A stretch of 64,000 nucleotides of DNA from Verrucomicrobiia bacterium (GCA_049280815.1 JBAPQW010000041.1:29031-93030); one strand, 5' to 3'. Numbered from the stretch's first letter, positions 47,599-57,288 are shown. Made by a program: numbers and translations. The notes: generated from the letters alone by a model not told the origin.

Positions 47599-48027
47599 TC
47601 ACGACGGCAGATCCTTGCCGGTCGTGGTCACGGTGAGCTTGCCGTGTTTCACCCCCTTGGCGGTGATGAGTTCGTCAGCGATCTTGCGAATTACCCCCGC
47701 CTTGCCGCGCACTAGCAACACTTCCAGACAGTTGTGATGGTCCAGATGCACATGCACGGTTGAGAGAATCACGTCGTGATGGTCGTGCTGGATGTCGGTG
47801 AGGGTTTCCTGGACATGCATCTTGTGGTGGTCGTAAACCAGCGTGATGGTGCCAGCGATGTCCTCGTTGCCAAATTTCTCCCGGTGCTCGACGAGGTGAT
47901 TGCGGATCATGTCGGCGATGGCCAGCGACCGGTTGTCGTAGCCTTTTTCGCCCGACATCTCATCCAGTTGCCGTAGCAGCGACGGCGGCAGGGATACGCT
48001 GAAACGGCTCACAGTTTCTTTTTTCAT
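47599..48027 (-). CDS. nikR: nickel-responsive regulator NikR
   Basis: Ribbon-helix-helix N-terminus RFSVSLPPSLLRQLD and a His-rich metal-binding domain HDHHDVILSTVHVHLDHHNCLEV. Confidence 0.9.
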   Translation of the reverse strand: MKKETVSRFSVSLPPSLLRQLDEMSGEKGYDNRSLAIADMIRNHLVEHREKFGNEDIAGTITLVYDHHKMHVQETLTDIQHDHHDVILSTVHVHLDHHNCLEVLLVRGKAGVIRKIADELITAKGVKHGKLTVTTTGKDLPS

Positions 48028-48063
48028 GCGACGTGGAAGACGGTAACAAACCCGCGACGCGCG

Positions 48064-48684
48064 TCAATCCGTAGCCGCAAGGTTCGAGTCAGTGATTATT
48101 CGTGTTTTGTCCGATTGGGGCAGTTTTTCAATCGTAAAAAGCTTTTCCTCCGGAAGCTGGCCGCATTCGCGGGCGAGAGATCCCAGTTGGTCTTCGGGCT
48201 GGTGACGGATTTTTTCCAGGAATTTCAAATCCGGCTTGAGCAGCAGCACGGGGCCGGTACCCTCCTTGCGCCGGACGCTCACGTGAACATCCGCCATGGT
48301 CATGACTTCGCCCAGCCGGATGTCCAGCCGGCCGATGCTGTTGCCCGTGCCGACCACCAGCCCGTCAGCGATGCAGGAATACGGCGTTTGAAGCGGAATA
48401 TAGCAGATGATGTCCAGTTCATGTTGTCCCCAAGTGCCGCCCAATTCGCGCAGCGCCGCCTTGCCCATGCGCCAGCCGAGAACGTTCCATGGGCCGACAT
48501 GGCCGTGCGCCTGTTTGATTTCATTCCACCAGTTGGTGGGTTCCTGCGCCTGGTTCCAAACATTTGAACCCGGTGTGGATTGTGTTGCTGCCGCCGGATT
48601 TTCGCCGTCGTGCGCAAAAAGTCTGGCCAGGGTCAAAAAGGTTATGACGGGCAGTAAAATGAGAATAAAAGCATGTTTCTTCAT
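48064..48684 (-). CDS. exported FmdE-domain protein
   Basis: Signal peptide MKKHAFILILLPVITFLTLARLFA. HGHVGPWNVLGWRMGKAAL and CIADGLVVGTG resemble the FmdE (formylmethanofuran dehydrogenase subunit E-like) fold. Confidence 0.55.
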   Translation of the reverse strand: MKKHAFILILLPVITFLTLARLFAHDGENPAAATQSTPGSNVWNQAQEPTNWWNEIKQAHGHVGPWNVLGWRMGKAALRELGGTWGQHELDIICYIPLQTPYSCIADGLVVGTGNSIGRLDIRLGEVMTMADVHVSVRRKEGTGPVLLLKPDLKFLEKIRHQPEDQLGSLARECGQLPEEKLFTIEKLPQSDKTRIITDSNLAATD

Positions 48685-48694
48685 GGGTTTTTGG

Positions 48695-49381
48695 TTATTG
48701 GCTGGTGAATTGGGTTCCGTTCCGGTCGGCGTAACGCGCAATGACGCCGCTGTCACCGGCCTGGTGATACCAGGTATCGCTGCTCATGGGAGCGTAACTG
48801 CTCAGCGACTTCGGGCTGCTCGGCTGTGGTCCCAGGCTCCATACGACCCAGCGCACCGGACTGATTTTCGGGTCGGTGTAGTATTTCCCGGAACTGCCGC
48901 CAAGATCGGGAAAGTTCGTCGGCACCCACAGTGAATAATTTCCCGCCGCGCTGCCATTGAGCAGTTCCGGCCCGGGAGCGGCGTATTTGTAGGTGTGATC
49001 GGAATTGAAAACGTCCTCCAAGTCGGCTTCCAGTCCGCCTTGGTTTCTATGCGGCAGGTAATGTTCATTTGCCAGTTCGACAGGCAGCTCGCACCAGTGA
49101 GTCATGAGGTCGCTGTTGCAATTCACACGCACGGGCGGAAGTTTGCCGGCGTAATCGGTGGAATACATTTCCAGCGCCAGGCCGATGCCATAAAGCTCGG
49201 CCCGGACCCTCGTGACATTGGCTTTTTCCTTCGCCCTCGCCAGCAAGGGCAGGAGCAACGCCGCCAGCAATGCGATGATGGCGATGACGACCAACAACTC
49301 GACCAAGGTGAAAGCGGTTATTGTGCCCGGTAATGAAACTGGAGGCGTCGCGGTCCTGGATTTCCCATTGGCAATGATCAT
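48695..49381 (-). CDS. prepilin-type N-terminal cleavage/methylation-domain protein (pseudopilin-like)
   Basis: AFTLVELLVVIAIIALLAALLLP. The start ATG overlaps the upstream stop (ATGA). Confidence 0.8.
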   Translation of the reverse strand: MIIANGKSRTATPPVSLPGTITAFTLVELLVVIAIIALLAALLLPLLARAKEKANVTRVRAELYGIGLALEMYSTDYAGKLPPVRVNCNSDLMTHWCELPVELANEHYLPHRNQGGLEADLEDVFNSDHTYKYAAPGPELLNGSAAGNYSLWVPTNFPDLGGSSGKYYTDPKISPVRWVVWSLGPQPSSPKSLSSYAPMSSDTWYHQAGDSGVIARYADRNGTQFTSQ

Positions 49382-50562
49382 TGCACCTGCTGCAGCCGGT
49401 AAAATTTCTGAGCGCCAGTGGACTGCACAATCACCGTATTTTGACCGTTCAAGACCACCGGCGCGTTGGTAACGGCTGTCCAATTGCGTGTGGTCAAGGA
49501 ATCGCTGCTTTGCAGCTGGTAATTGGACAGCGCGGCCGGCCAAGTGATGACCGGCTGGCTGGCGATGCCCAACAGCGCATCAGACGATGGCGCAAATTCC
49601 TGCACAAATAATTCGTAACCGAAAGTCCCGTCCGTACCGGAGCCGGATTCCTGAAGGAAAACACCCGTGCCATCAAAACGGTTGGTTGGTGCGGGGCCGA
49701 GATCGTAAAGCGGATGGATCAATGGGAATTGCCGGCCCTGGTCATCAGTTGCAGTACAATAACGCGAGTTCCAATCGGAGTTGGTGTTCCAACCGTTGGT
49801 GGTGACCAGCGTCAGGCCGTTGATACGAACGCGCATCCCCTGGTAATGCTCGCCGCCGGTGGCCCGGGTCGGGTCAAAAATATCGTAATGCCCCGTTGGG
49901 CCGAGATTGGTGCTGATCACCGAAGCCAGCGAGATCACGGCTGGCGCGGGCAGACCGAAATTGGAGGACACCAGTGAAATGGTGAAGTCGTAGGTGGGAT
50001 CGATGCTGTGTTCCTCATTGATGTTTTGCATGCCGCCGTAAAACAGCGACCCGTTGGCCGTCACCAGCACCAGGTCACCTTTTTGAAAGGCGTAACCGGT
50101 GGCTGGATCATGACTCACTCGGGATACTTCAGCCGACCAAGCCGGATTGGAGTAGCTGAGGTCGCTGTTGGCCTCCCAGGGCAGATTGCCATAGTTTTGT
50201 CCCATCCAGCATTCCACGCCGCCGCGGTCGCCAGAGTAAATGGTCTGCACGAACACCTGCCATTGGCCGCCCAGTTGAAGGATTCCGGCCCCAAAATTCC
50301 ACGGAATGAAATCCGGCATCGAGTCGAGCATCTCGGACGGATCGGTCAACAAAACGCCGACCAGCGTGATGGGAAAGCTGCCGTTCCAGGTGCTGACACC
50401 GCTGGCATCCACGGCCTCCAGGTTGGTGACGGTTTCAGACCGCGCGACGCCGGCGGCCAGCAACAGCCCGCAGAAGCCGGTTGCCAAAAGGTTAATCGAA
50501 GTTTTACCCGCGCGATGCCGCGTCGGGGCTTGACCTGAATGGGATTGAAATGTTACGTTCAT
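49378..50562 (-). CDS. secreted protein P4 with FYRL-type C-terminal domain
   Basis: Signal/anchor INLLATGFCGLLLAAGVA. The C-terminus is VITWPAALSNYQLQSSDSLTTRNWTAV...AQKFYRLQQVQ. The start is uncertain (50562 or 50598). Confidence 0.7.
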   Translation of the reverse strand: MNVTFQSHSGQAPTRHRAGKTSINLLATGFCGLLLAAGVARSETVTNLEAVDASGVSTWNGSFPITLVGVLLTDPSEMLDSMPDFIPWNFGAGILQLGGQWQVFVQTIYSGDRGGVECWMGQNYGNLPWEANSDLSYSNPAWSAEVSRVSHDPATGYAFQKGDLVLVTANGSLFYGGMQNINEEHSIDPTYDFTISLVSSNFGLPAPAVISLASVISTNLGPTGHYDIFDPTRATGGEHYQGMRVRINGLTLVTTNGWNTNSDWNSRYCTATDDQGRQFPLIHPLYDLGPAPTNRFDGTGVFLQESGSGTDGTFGYELFVQEFAPSSDALLGIASQPVITWPAALSNYQLQSSDSLTTRNWTAVTNAPVVLNGQNTVIVQSTGAQKFYRLQQVQ

Positions 50563-50628
50563 AAAAAACAGTGTTACTGACGAACTAGTATTACTCAATC
50601 ATAAATTCGTGTTACCATAAAGTATTAG
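50550..50628. promoter_or_regulatory. array of five direct heptamers (R-T-R-T-T-A-S) in the divergent nikR-operon / cbiM promoter; candidate NikR operator
   Basis: ATGTTAC 50550, GTGTTAC 50571, GTATTAC 50588, GTGTTAC 50609 and GTATTAG 50622. Start-to-start spacings are 21, 17, 21 and 13 nt. Confidence 0.35.
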
Positions 50629-50637
50629 CTGAGATAT

Positions 50638-51576
50638 ATGCACATACCAGATGGATTCATTGACGGCAGAACTGCGGCGGTGGCCGGCGTCATTTCCGCC
50701 GTGGGCGTCGGCTTTGCCCTGCGGCGGGTGCGGCGCGAACTGCCGCCTCGCCGGGTGCCGCTGCTCGGCCTGTCGGCGGCGTTTCTGTTCGCGGCGCAGA
50801 TGGTGAATTTTCCAGTGGCGGGCGGAACGTCCGGCCATCTGGTCGGTGGCACTTTGGTGGCAGCTTTGCTTGGACCCAGTGCGGCGGTGGTGGTGGTGAC
50901 GACGGTGCTCATCGTGCAATGTTTTTTGTTCCAGGACGGCGGCGTCACGGCGTTGGGCGCGAATATTTTCAACATGGCCATCATCAATTCTGTGGCGGGA
51001 TATTTGATTTACCGTGTGATTTGCCATTGGTTGACGGGCCTTCGTGGACGGGTTACGGCGGTCGCTTTTGCCGCCTGGTGTGCAACGGTGCTGGCGGCCA
51101 TCAGTTGTGCCGGCCAACTGGCGTGGTCGGGCACCATTCCCTGGTCGGTGGCGTTTCCGGCCATGACGACGGTGCATATGTTCATTGGTGTCGGCGAAGG
51201 CCTGATCAGCGCGCTGGTTTTTCTGGCGGTTTATCGCGCCCGTCCGGACTTGATCACCGAGACAACCCAGACGGCCCAGCCGCAACGGCTCGGCGAACTG
51301 GTGGGTTACGGTTTGCTGGTTACGCTGGGAGTTGCCGTGTTCATTGCCCCGTTTGCCTGTTCGTGGCCGGACGGATTGGATGCAGTGGCCGAAAGATTCG
51401 GGTTCCGTCACAGCACGGCGCCGTTGTTGCCCGCACCCGCGCCGGATTATCAAATACCCGGAATACACTGGGCGATTGGCGCAACCGCATTGGCGGGTGC
51501 AGCCGGTTCACTGATTGTTTTCGCCCTGGCCCTGCTCATGGGGCGATGGCTGGTACCCACGCCAAAGGATTCGTGA
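50638..51576 (+). CDS. cbiM: ECF-transporter substrate component CbiM/NikM fused to a PDGLE (CbiN-replacing) domain
   Basis: MHIPDGF N-terminus and seven TM helices, then SWPDGLDAV and a final TM helix. Confidence 0.85.
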   Translation: MHIPDGFIDGRTAAVAGVISAVGVGFALRRVRRELPPRRVPLLGLSAAFLFAAQMVNFPVAGGTSGHLVGGTLVAALLGPSAAVVVVTTVLIVQCFLFQDGGVTALGANIFNMAIINSVAGYLIYRVICHWLTGLRGRVTAVAFAAWCATVLAAISCAGQLAWSGTIPWSVAFPAMTTVHMFIGVGEGLISALVFLAVYRARPDLITETTQTAQPQRLGELVGYGLLVTLGVAVFIAPFACSWPDGLDAVAERFGFRHSTAPLLPAPAPDYQIPGIHWAIGATALAGAAGSLIVFALALLMGRWLVPTPKDS

Positions 51577-52187
51577 GCGTTCATTTGGTCCAGCATCATC
51601 ACGGCCCGCCCGATAGTCTGATGCACCGTTTGCCGGCTGCGCTGAAGCTCGGTATTGCACTCATCATCATTGTGGCCACCGTGCTGGCGCCGATTCAATG
51701 GCGGGCTTGGTTCATCGGCGTGGCGGGTTTGCTGGTGCTGGCGGCGATATTGAGCCAGTTGCCGCTGTTGTTTTTATTCAGACGATTGTTGGTGTTGTCG
51801 CCGTTTGTTCTGGGAGTAGTGGTGGTCAACGCTTATCAACCCGCCGGCCGCGTCAATTGGCTGGGCGTGGCGGTCAAAGGAGGTTTATGCCTGCTGACCG
51901 TCATTTTGGTTTCAAATACCACACCCTTCAGCCAGATTCTGCGGGTGCTCAAATCCATCCACGTGCCGGCGCTGCTCATCACCACGATCGCGCTCATGCA
52001 CCGCTACCTCTTCGTGTTGCTGGACGAAGCCGAGCGGATGCGCCGCGCGCGGGCCAGCCGAACGTTCACGCGCGGGCGGCGGTTTCACTGGCGCACGCTG
52101 GCCACGGTAGTCGGGCAGTTGTTCATCCGCGCGTCGGAACGGGCTGAACGCATCTACGACGCCATGTGCGCGCGCGGGTGGAAATGA
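51573..52187 (+). CDS. cbiQ: ECF-transporter T component CbiQ
   Basis: HRLPAALKLG..., ITTIALMHRYLFVLLDEAERMRRARASR (the conserved ARG motif region). The GTG start overlaps the cbiM stop (GTGA). An alternative start is ATG 51621. Confidence 0.8.
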   Translation: MSVHLVQHHHGPPDSLMHRLPAALKLGIALIIIVATVLAPIQWRAWFIGVAGLLVLAAILSQLPLLFLFRRLLVLSPFVLGVVVVNAYQPAGRVNWLGVAVKGGLCLLTVILVSNTTPFSQILRVLKSIHVPALLITTIALMHRYLFVLLDEAERMRRARASRTFTRGRRFHWRTLATVVGQLFIRASERAERIYDAMCARGWK

Positions 52188-52933
52188 ACTCCGCCATTGA
52201 AATCACGAATCTGCAATACCGTTACCACGACGGCACGGAGGCGCTGCGCGGGGTGAGTTTCCGCATCGCGCCGGGCGAATGCGTCGCCTTGCTCGGTCCA
52301 AACGGTTCCGGCAAATCCACGTTGTTGCTGCACTTGAACGGCATTCTGCCGGAGAAATTGGTTGGCGACGGCGCGGTAAAAATCCTCGGCGATCCACTGG
52401 CGACGGCAAACCTCGAAACCGTTCGCCGGCAGGTCGGCTTGGTTTTTCAAGACCCGGACGATCAGCTTTTTTGTCCCACGGTGCAGGAAGACGTGGCCTT
52501 TGGCCCGCAACAACTTGGACTTGATGATGCGGAAGCCGCCGCGCGGGTCGAAAAGGCATTGGCGCAGGTCGGCCTCGCCGGTTTTGGCCATCGCGCCACG
52601 CATCACTTGAGTCACGGCGAGAAGCGCCGCGTCTGCCTGGCCGGCGTGCTGGCATGTGAGCCGGCGATTTTAATTCTGGACGAACCGACGAGCGATCTCG
52701 ATCCGCGCGGCCGGCGTGAATTCAAGGCGTTGCTGCGGCAGATTCCCGCGACCAAGTTGATTGCAACCCATGATCTGGAACTGGTGGTGGAACTGTGTTC
52801 GCGGGTGATTGTGCTCGACCGCGGTGCGGTGGTGGCGGATGGACCGATGTTTGAACTGCTCAATGACGAAAGGCTCATGTTGGCGCACGGCTTGGAACGT
52901 CCGCACATTTTGCGGCATGAGCATCCTCACTAG
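52184..52933 (+). CDS. cbiO: ECF-transporter ATPase CbiO
   Basis: Walker A GPNGSGKST, signature LSHGEKRRV and Walker B ILILDEP. The ATG overlaps the cbiQ stop. Confidence 0.9.
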   Translation: MNSAIEITNLQYRYHDGTEALRGVSFRIAPGECVALLGPNGSGKSTLLLHLNGILPEKLVGDGAVKILGDPLATANLETVRRQVGLVFQDPDDQLFCPTVQEDVAFGPQQLGLDDAEAAARVEKALAQVGLAGFGHRATHHLSHGEKRRVCLAGVLACEPAILILDEPTSDLDPRGRREFKALLRQIPATKLIATHDLELVVELCSRVIVLDRGAVVADGPMFELLNDERLMLAHGLERPHILRHEHPH

Positions 52934-53035
52934 CGGAAGCCAACCACGTTAGAACATTTTACTTTCCAACCCCGCCTGGCCGGCTTACCTTGCAAAGGCT
53001 TCGCGGGCGCTGCCAGGGTTCGGCGGCGGAAAAAG

Positions 53036-53491
53036 TTGGCCATGAAAACAATATTTCTCGTTGAGGACGACGCGGTCGTCGTACAGGTTTATCGGGCAAA
53101 ATTTTTGCGCGAAGGGTTTGGGGTCGAGGTGGCGGGAGACGGTCTGGTTGCCCTGAAAATGCTGCTGACGGTCAAGCCTGATATTGTGATTTTGGACCTG
53201 ATGATGCCCAAGCTGAATGGCGTGGACGTCCTCAAATACATCCGTTCCACCCCCGAATTGAAGGCGACCCCGGTGGTTATTCTTTCCAATGCCCACATGA
53301 CCAGCCTGGCCCAGGAAGCGGCGGCGATTGGCGCAGAAAAAGCCCTGTTGAAATCGAGTTGTACCCCGGGTCAATTGCTCGAAGTCATCAACAGCCTGCT
53401 TAGCGGAAAGGCGTCCGACAACGACGGGACAGAACGCCTGGCCGCGCCAGCCAAGCTGCCGCCGAAGCCGCCAACCAAACTGCAGTCCTGA
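53036..53491 (+). CDS. single-domain response-regulator receiver
   Basis: IFLVEDD, IVILDLMMPKLNG, VVILSN and LLKS, with a Pro/Lys-rich tail. Confidence 0.8.
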   Translation: MAMKTIFLVEDDAVVVQVYRAKFLREGFGVEVAGDGLVALKMLLTVKPDIVILDLMMPKLNGVDVLKYIRSTPELKATPVVILSNAHMTSLAQEAAAIGAEKALLKSSCTPGQLLEVINSLLSGKASDNDGTERLAAPAKLPPKPPTKLQS

Positions 53492-53539
53492 ATCCAGAAA
53501 TCGTCTTGCCAAACCCGCGTCCCCGCGGCACTATCCGAC

Positions 53540-55102
53540 ATGGCAGTGACGCGACAGTCCGGCTTCGACGATCCGTTCTACCAACCGGCGGAACAGTTCT
53601 TCCCTGCAAACAACAAGCTCGGTCTTACGTTCGACGACATCACGCTGGCGACGTTGTATTCGGAGATTCTCCCGCGTGACACCCAGCTCGACACCCAGCT
53701 CGCGGAAAACCTGCACCTCAACATCCCGGTCATTTCGTCGGACATGGACACCGTGACCGAGTCGCGCATGGCCATCGCCATGGCGGCCAACGGCGGCCTC
53801 GGCCTCATCCATTACAACATGCCGGAGCGCCAGCAGCTTTCCGAGGTGAGCCGCGTCAAAAATCACGTGCATGGCCTGATCCAGGAACCGATCACCGTCG
53901 CGCCGGACCAGCTCATCGGCGACGTGTTGAAAATCATCGAGGAGCGCAAATTTGCCTTCGGCACGTTTCCGGTTGTGGATGACAAGGGCAGGCTCGTCGG
54001 CCTCCTTTCCGGCCACGTGGTCAAGCCGCGCTATGCCAAACGCAAGGTGGCTGACGCCCTCACGCCGCGGGCCCAGGTCCACACCATCAGCCAGAAGGAG
54101 CTGGGCAAGGATCCCATCGCCAAGGCTGACAAATTTTTCACCGAACATCTCGGCATCCACAAACTGCTCGTGGTGGATGACAAGGACAAACTGCGCGGCC
54201 TGTTTACGATGAGCGACATCGAGCGCATCGCGCAGGAGCGCAACGCGCAGTTCAAGCCCGCGCGCGACGGGAACTTTCACCTGATCTGCGGCGCCGCCGT
54301 CTCGGCCACGCGCAATGCCTTCGGCGAACTCGACCGGCAACGCATTCTGAACCACGTCGGCGGGCTGGTGGAGCGGGGCGTGGACGCGGTGGCGGTTTCG
54401 ACCGCGCACGGCCACAGCAAGGGTGTGGGCGACACGGTGAAGGTTTTGCGCGATGCGTTTCCGAAGCTGCCCATCATCGCCGGCAACGTGACCAGCGCGG
54501 CGGGCGTGGAATATCTGGCCGATTGCGGCGCGAACGCCATCAAGGTGGGGCAGGGACCGGGTTCCATCTGCACCACGCGCATCGTTGCGGGGGTGGGCAT
54601 CCCGCAAATGACCGCGCTGTACGTCAGCTCGCGCGCGGGGGCGAAGAAAAAGGTCGCGGTTCTGGCGGACGGCGGCATCACCAAATCCGGGGACATCATC
54701 AAGGCCTTGACGCTGTCCCAGGCGGTGATTTGCGGCGGGATTTTTGCCGGGTGCAACGAGGCGCCCGGCGACGTCGTCGAAATTGGCGGCAAACTTTACA
54801 AGCAATACCGCGGCATGGGCAGCCTGGCCGCGATGAAATCCGGCTCGGCGGCGCGTTACGGCCAGCCGGTGAATCCCACCCAGAAGGTCGCCGCCGAAGG
54901 CATCGAAGCGCTCAAGGAAGCGTGCGGTTCGGTGGACCGCGTGCTCGCGCAGCTCATCGGCGGCATCCAGTCCGGCATGGGTTATCTTGGCGCGGCGAAC
55001 CTGGCGCAACTGCGCGAGAAGGCGCGTTACATCCGGGTCAGCCCCGCCGGCATGCGCGAAGCCGCCCCGCACGACGTGGTGGAATTGAAGACGGGAAACT
55101 AG
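53540..55102 (+). CDS. guaB: IMP dehydrogenase
   Basis: A CBS pair insert, GSICTTR catalytic loop and YRGMGS. Confidence 0.95.
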   Translation: MAVTRQSGFDDPFYQPAEQFFPANNKLGLTFDDITLATLYSEILPRDTQLDTQLAENLHLNIPVISSDMDTVTESRMAIAMAANGGLGLIHYNMPERQQLSEVSRVKNHVHGLIQEPITVAPDQLIGDVLKIIEERKFAFGTFPVVDDKGRLVGLLSGHVVKPRYAKRKVADALTPRAQVHTISQKELGKDPIAKADKFFTEHLGIHKLLVVDDKDKLRGLFTMSDIERIAQERNAQFKPARDGNFHLICGAAVSATRNAFGELDRQRILNHVGGLVERGVDAVAVSTAHGHSKGVGDTVKVLRDAFPKLPIIAGNVTSAAGVEYLADCGANAIKVGQGPGSICTTRIVAGVGIPQMTALYVSSRAGAKKKVAVLADGGITKSGDIIKALTLSQAVICGGIFAGCNEAPGDVVEIGGKLYKQYRGMGSLAAMKSGSAARYGQPVNPTQKVAAEGIEALKEACGSVDRVLAQLIGGIQSGMGYLGAANLAQLREKARYIRVSPAGMREAAPHDVVELKTGN

Positions 55103-55196
55103 AGCGCGGGTGACCTTTTCCCCGGCGTGAATTGAAATTGTCGGAAGTTAACCGAAGCGGGTTTACCGCCCATCCTTGGATTCGGCAAATTTGTTC

Positions 55197-55901
55197 TCAT
55201 TGCCCAGCTTGTTTTTGGTAAACCTGTGGATCAATACGCACAACCTCATTGGAGTCGCTAACCGCCCCCACGTGGTCTCCTGTCCGCTCTCTTACGACAC
55301 TCCTGTGGAAGTATGCCTTCGCATAGTTCGTCCGAAGTTGGATGGCCTCAGTGAAGTCAAGAATCGCCTTTTGATACTCACCCTGTCGCTCAAGACTGAT
55401 ACCGCGATTGCAGTAATACTCTGGATCATTTGGATTCAGTTGTATCGCCTCAGTTAGGTCGGCCACAGAGCCGTTGTAGTCGGCCAATCTTCCGCGGGAC
55501 GAGCCTCGATTGTAATAGGCCTCAGCGTCCTTGGGGTTTAAGCGGATCGCTTCGGTAGCGTCGCGCACTGCCTTCGCGTAGTCACCTTTTTGCTGCCAGA
55601 CAACGCTGCGGTCGGAGTAGGCCATAAAGGACTTAGGATTCAGGCGTATGGCTTCGTCAAAGTCCGAAATGGCAGCATCCGGATCACCAACCCGTGCCCG
55701 AGCGATTCCGCGCCACCTGAACGCTTCAGGGAGTTGCGGATTCAGTCGTATTGCTTCGGAACAGTCGGCAATCGCCCCAGGGTAGTTGGACCGCTCACAT
55801 TTGGTTGCCGCCGATTCCAATAAAGAATCGGGTGACTTCGTGCATCCCGGAAGCAGCAGGAGCGCCGCAATCAGGCCGACAAACATTTGAGGAGGTTGCA
55901 C
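55197..55901 (-). CDS. TPR-repeat lipoprotein
   Basis: Lipobox LLLPGC. There are six or more 34-aa TPR units with repeated EAIRLNP. Confidence 0.8.
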   Translation of the reverse strand: MQPPQMFVGLIAALLLLPGCTKSPDSLLESAATKCERSNYPGAIADCSEAIRLNPQLPEAFRWRGIARARVGDPDAAISDFDEAIRLNPKSFMAYSDRSVVWQQKGDYAKAVRDATEAIRLNPKDAEAYYNRGSSRGRLADYNGSVADLTEAIQLNPNDPEYYCNRGISLERQGEYQKAILDFTEAIQLRTNYAKAYFHRSVVRERTGDHVGAVSDSNEVVRIDPQVYQKQAGQ

Positions 55902-56235
55902 GACGTTGTGCGGGATTTGCCGGACAGATAATGGACAGCTTGTTTTGCAGCCTGTCCTGTTTCATGGTTGCCAGTCTGTTTCGCATTCAAGTTTCTGTCC
56001 AGCCCACTTTTGACACGGCAGTTCACGCCCGTTTCCCAAACCGGACTGAACAACGAAGACGCGAGGACGCAAAGGCGATCGAGGCCAGGGAACATTCAAC
56101 GCTCAACTTTCAACTCTCAACATTGAATTGAAAGCGGTGAAGTGCCAGTCTTCCCCGTTTTGATAATTCTTCTTGGCGCCCTTTGTTGCTTTGTTGTTCA
56201 AACTCTTCCCTGTGCCTCGGACGACGTTAAAGGGG

Positions 56236-56460
56236 TTAAAACACAATCGGCTCGTTCAATTTGCCGCACTGGATGCAGCGCGAACGGTCCACGTCCGCGT
56301 CGTCGGTGTAAACATAACCGCACTTCTGGCAACGGAAGATGCGGTCCTCGGTGTGCGTCGGCCCGAAGCGGCGCCGGCGCATTTCGGAATAAATTCCCAG
56401 CCCGCAGAGCGCGCCGAGCATCAACGCCACATAAACCACGATGAGGGAGGCGACACTCAT
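56236..56460 (-). CDS. small membrane-anchored zinc-ribbon protein
   Basis: 74 aa with one TM helix, then CQKCGY...CIQCG (C-x2-C ... C-x2-C). It is the last gene of the exbB-exbD-tonB-like operon. Confidence 0.5.
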   Translation of the reverse strand: MSVASLIVVYVALMLGALCGLGIYSEMRRRRFGPTHTEDRIFRCQKCGYVYTDDADVDRSRCIQCGKLNEPIVF

Positions 56461-56466
56461 GACGGG

Positions 56467-57288
56467 TTAACGGCCGGGTTCATTCGTGCTGGCCAGCGGC
56501 ACGGTGTGCCAGTTGAAAATCAGCCGGCCGATGGTCAGTTGCGGCGCGGGCGCAAAGCGCGCCGTCCGGGCCAGTTCAAGCGCGTGCTGGTCGGCGTCGT
56601 CCAAATGGCCGGCGGCTTCCAGGGGATTGTCGGCGGGCAGCAAAACGGCCGAAACCACGTTGCCCGCCGCATCCACCACCACCTGCACCTTGCTCGGCGC
56701 AATCACGTCGTTATAAGGCAGCGACGGCACCGCAATCGGATTGAGCATTGGTCGTCGGGCCACGTCACCCTGGATGAGCAGGGTGGAAGCTTGCGCGAGC
56801 ACGGGCTCAATCGGCAACCCGGGCGCGCTGAGCTTCAGCGGTGGTTTCAACTGCAGCTCCAGGCCGTCGAAACGGTTGGTCTGCATGAATTCGTTGAACG
56901 GGGCTCCGAGTTCCCGGGCGGACAAGGGCAGTTCGCCGGGCGGTTCCGTCCAGCGAAACGACGGCTGTTTCAAGACCTGCGTTTGCCTCCGGATGGCGGC
57001 GGCAAAATCCCCCGGGTGCGGCAGGGCAAAGAGCGTGGGGTCGTTTAGGGCAAACCATTCACCGGCACCGTCGACGAGCTGGAGGGCCGGAACCTTGGTG
57101 ACCGGGCGCGGGGCGATTTCTTTTCGCGCGCCGAAGGCAAAAAGCAAAATGACATGCGCCGCATAAACCAGGGCGACCAACACCAGCCACCGGCCATGCG
57201 TCCACGCGCCATCGCCCGACGGCTCCCGCCGGGGCGGAACGCTGCCGGCCAGTCCGTCCGGAGGCGATTCAGCGGCTGCGGGGTTCAT
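56467..57288 (-). CDS. TonB-like energy-transducer protein (divergent)
   Basis: One TM helix (WLVLVALVYAAHVILLFAF) and a C-terminal beta-rich region (VQVVVDAAGNVVSAVLL). Its start overlaps the exbD stop. The assignment rests mostly on operon position. Confidence 0.5.
   Translation of the reverse strand: MNPAAAESPPDGLAGSVPPRREPSGDGAWTHGRWLVLVALVYAAHVILLFAFGARKEIAPRPVTKVPALQLVDGAGEWFALNDPTLFALPHPGDFAAAIRRQTQVLKQPSFRWTEPPGELPLSARELGAPFNEFMQTNRFDGLELQLKPPLKLSAPGLPIEPVLAQASTLLIQGDVARRPMLNPIAVPSLPYNDVIAPSKVQVVVDAAGNVVSAVLLPADNPLEAAGHLDDADQHALELARTARFAPAPQLTIGRLIFNWHTVPLASTNEPGR

Noticed and set aside
50563-50637. Cobalamin riboswitch upstream of cbiM.
   Set aside because: Only about 75 nt of AT-rich spacer is available, far too short, and it lacks a B12-box.
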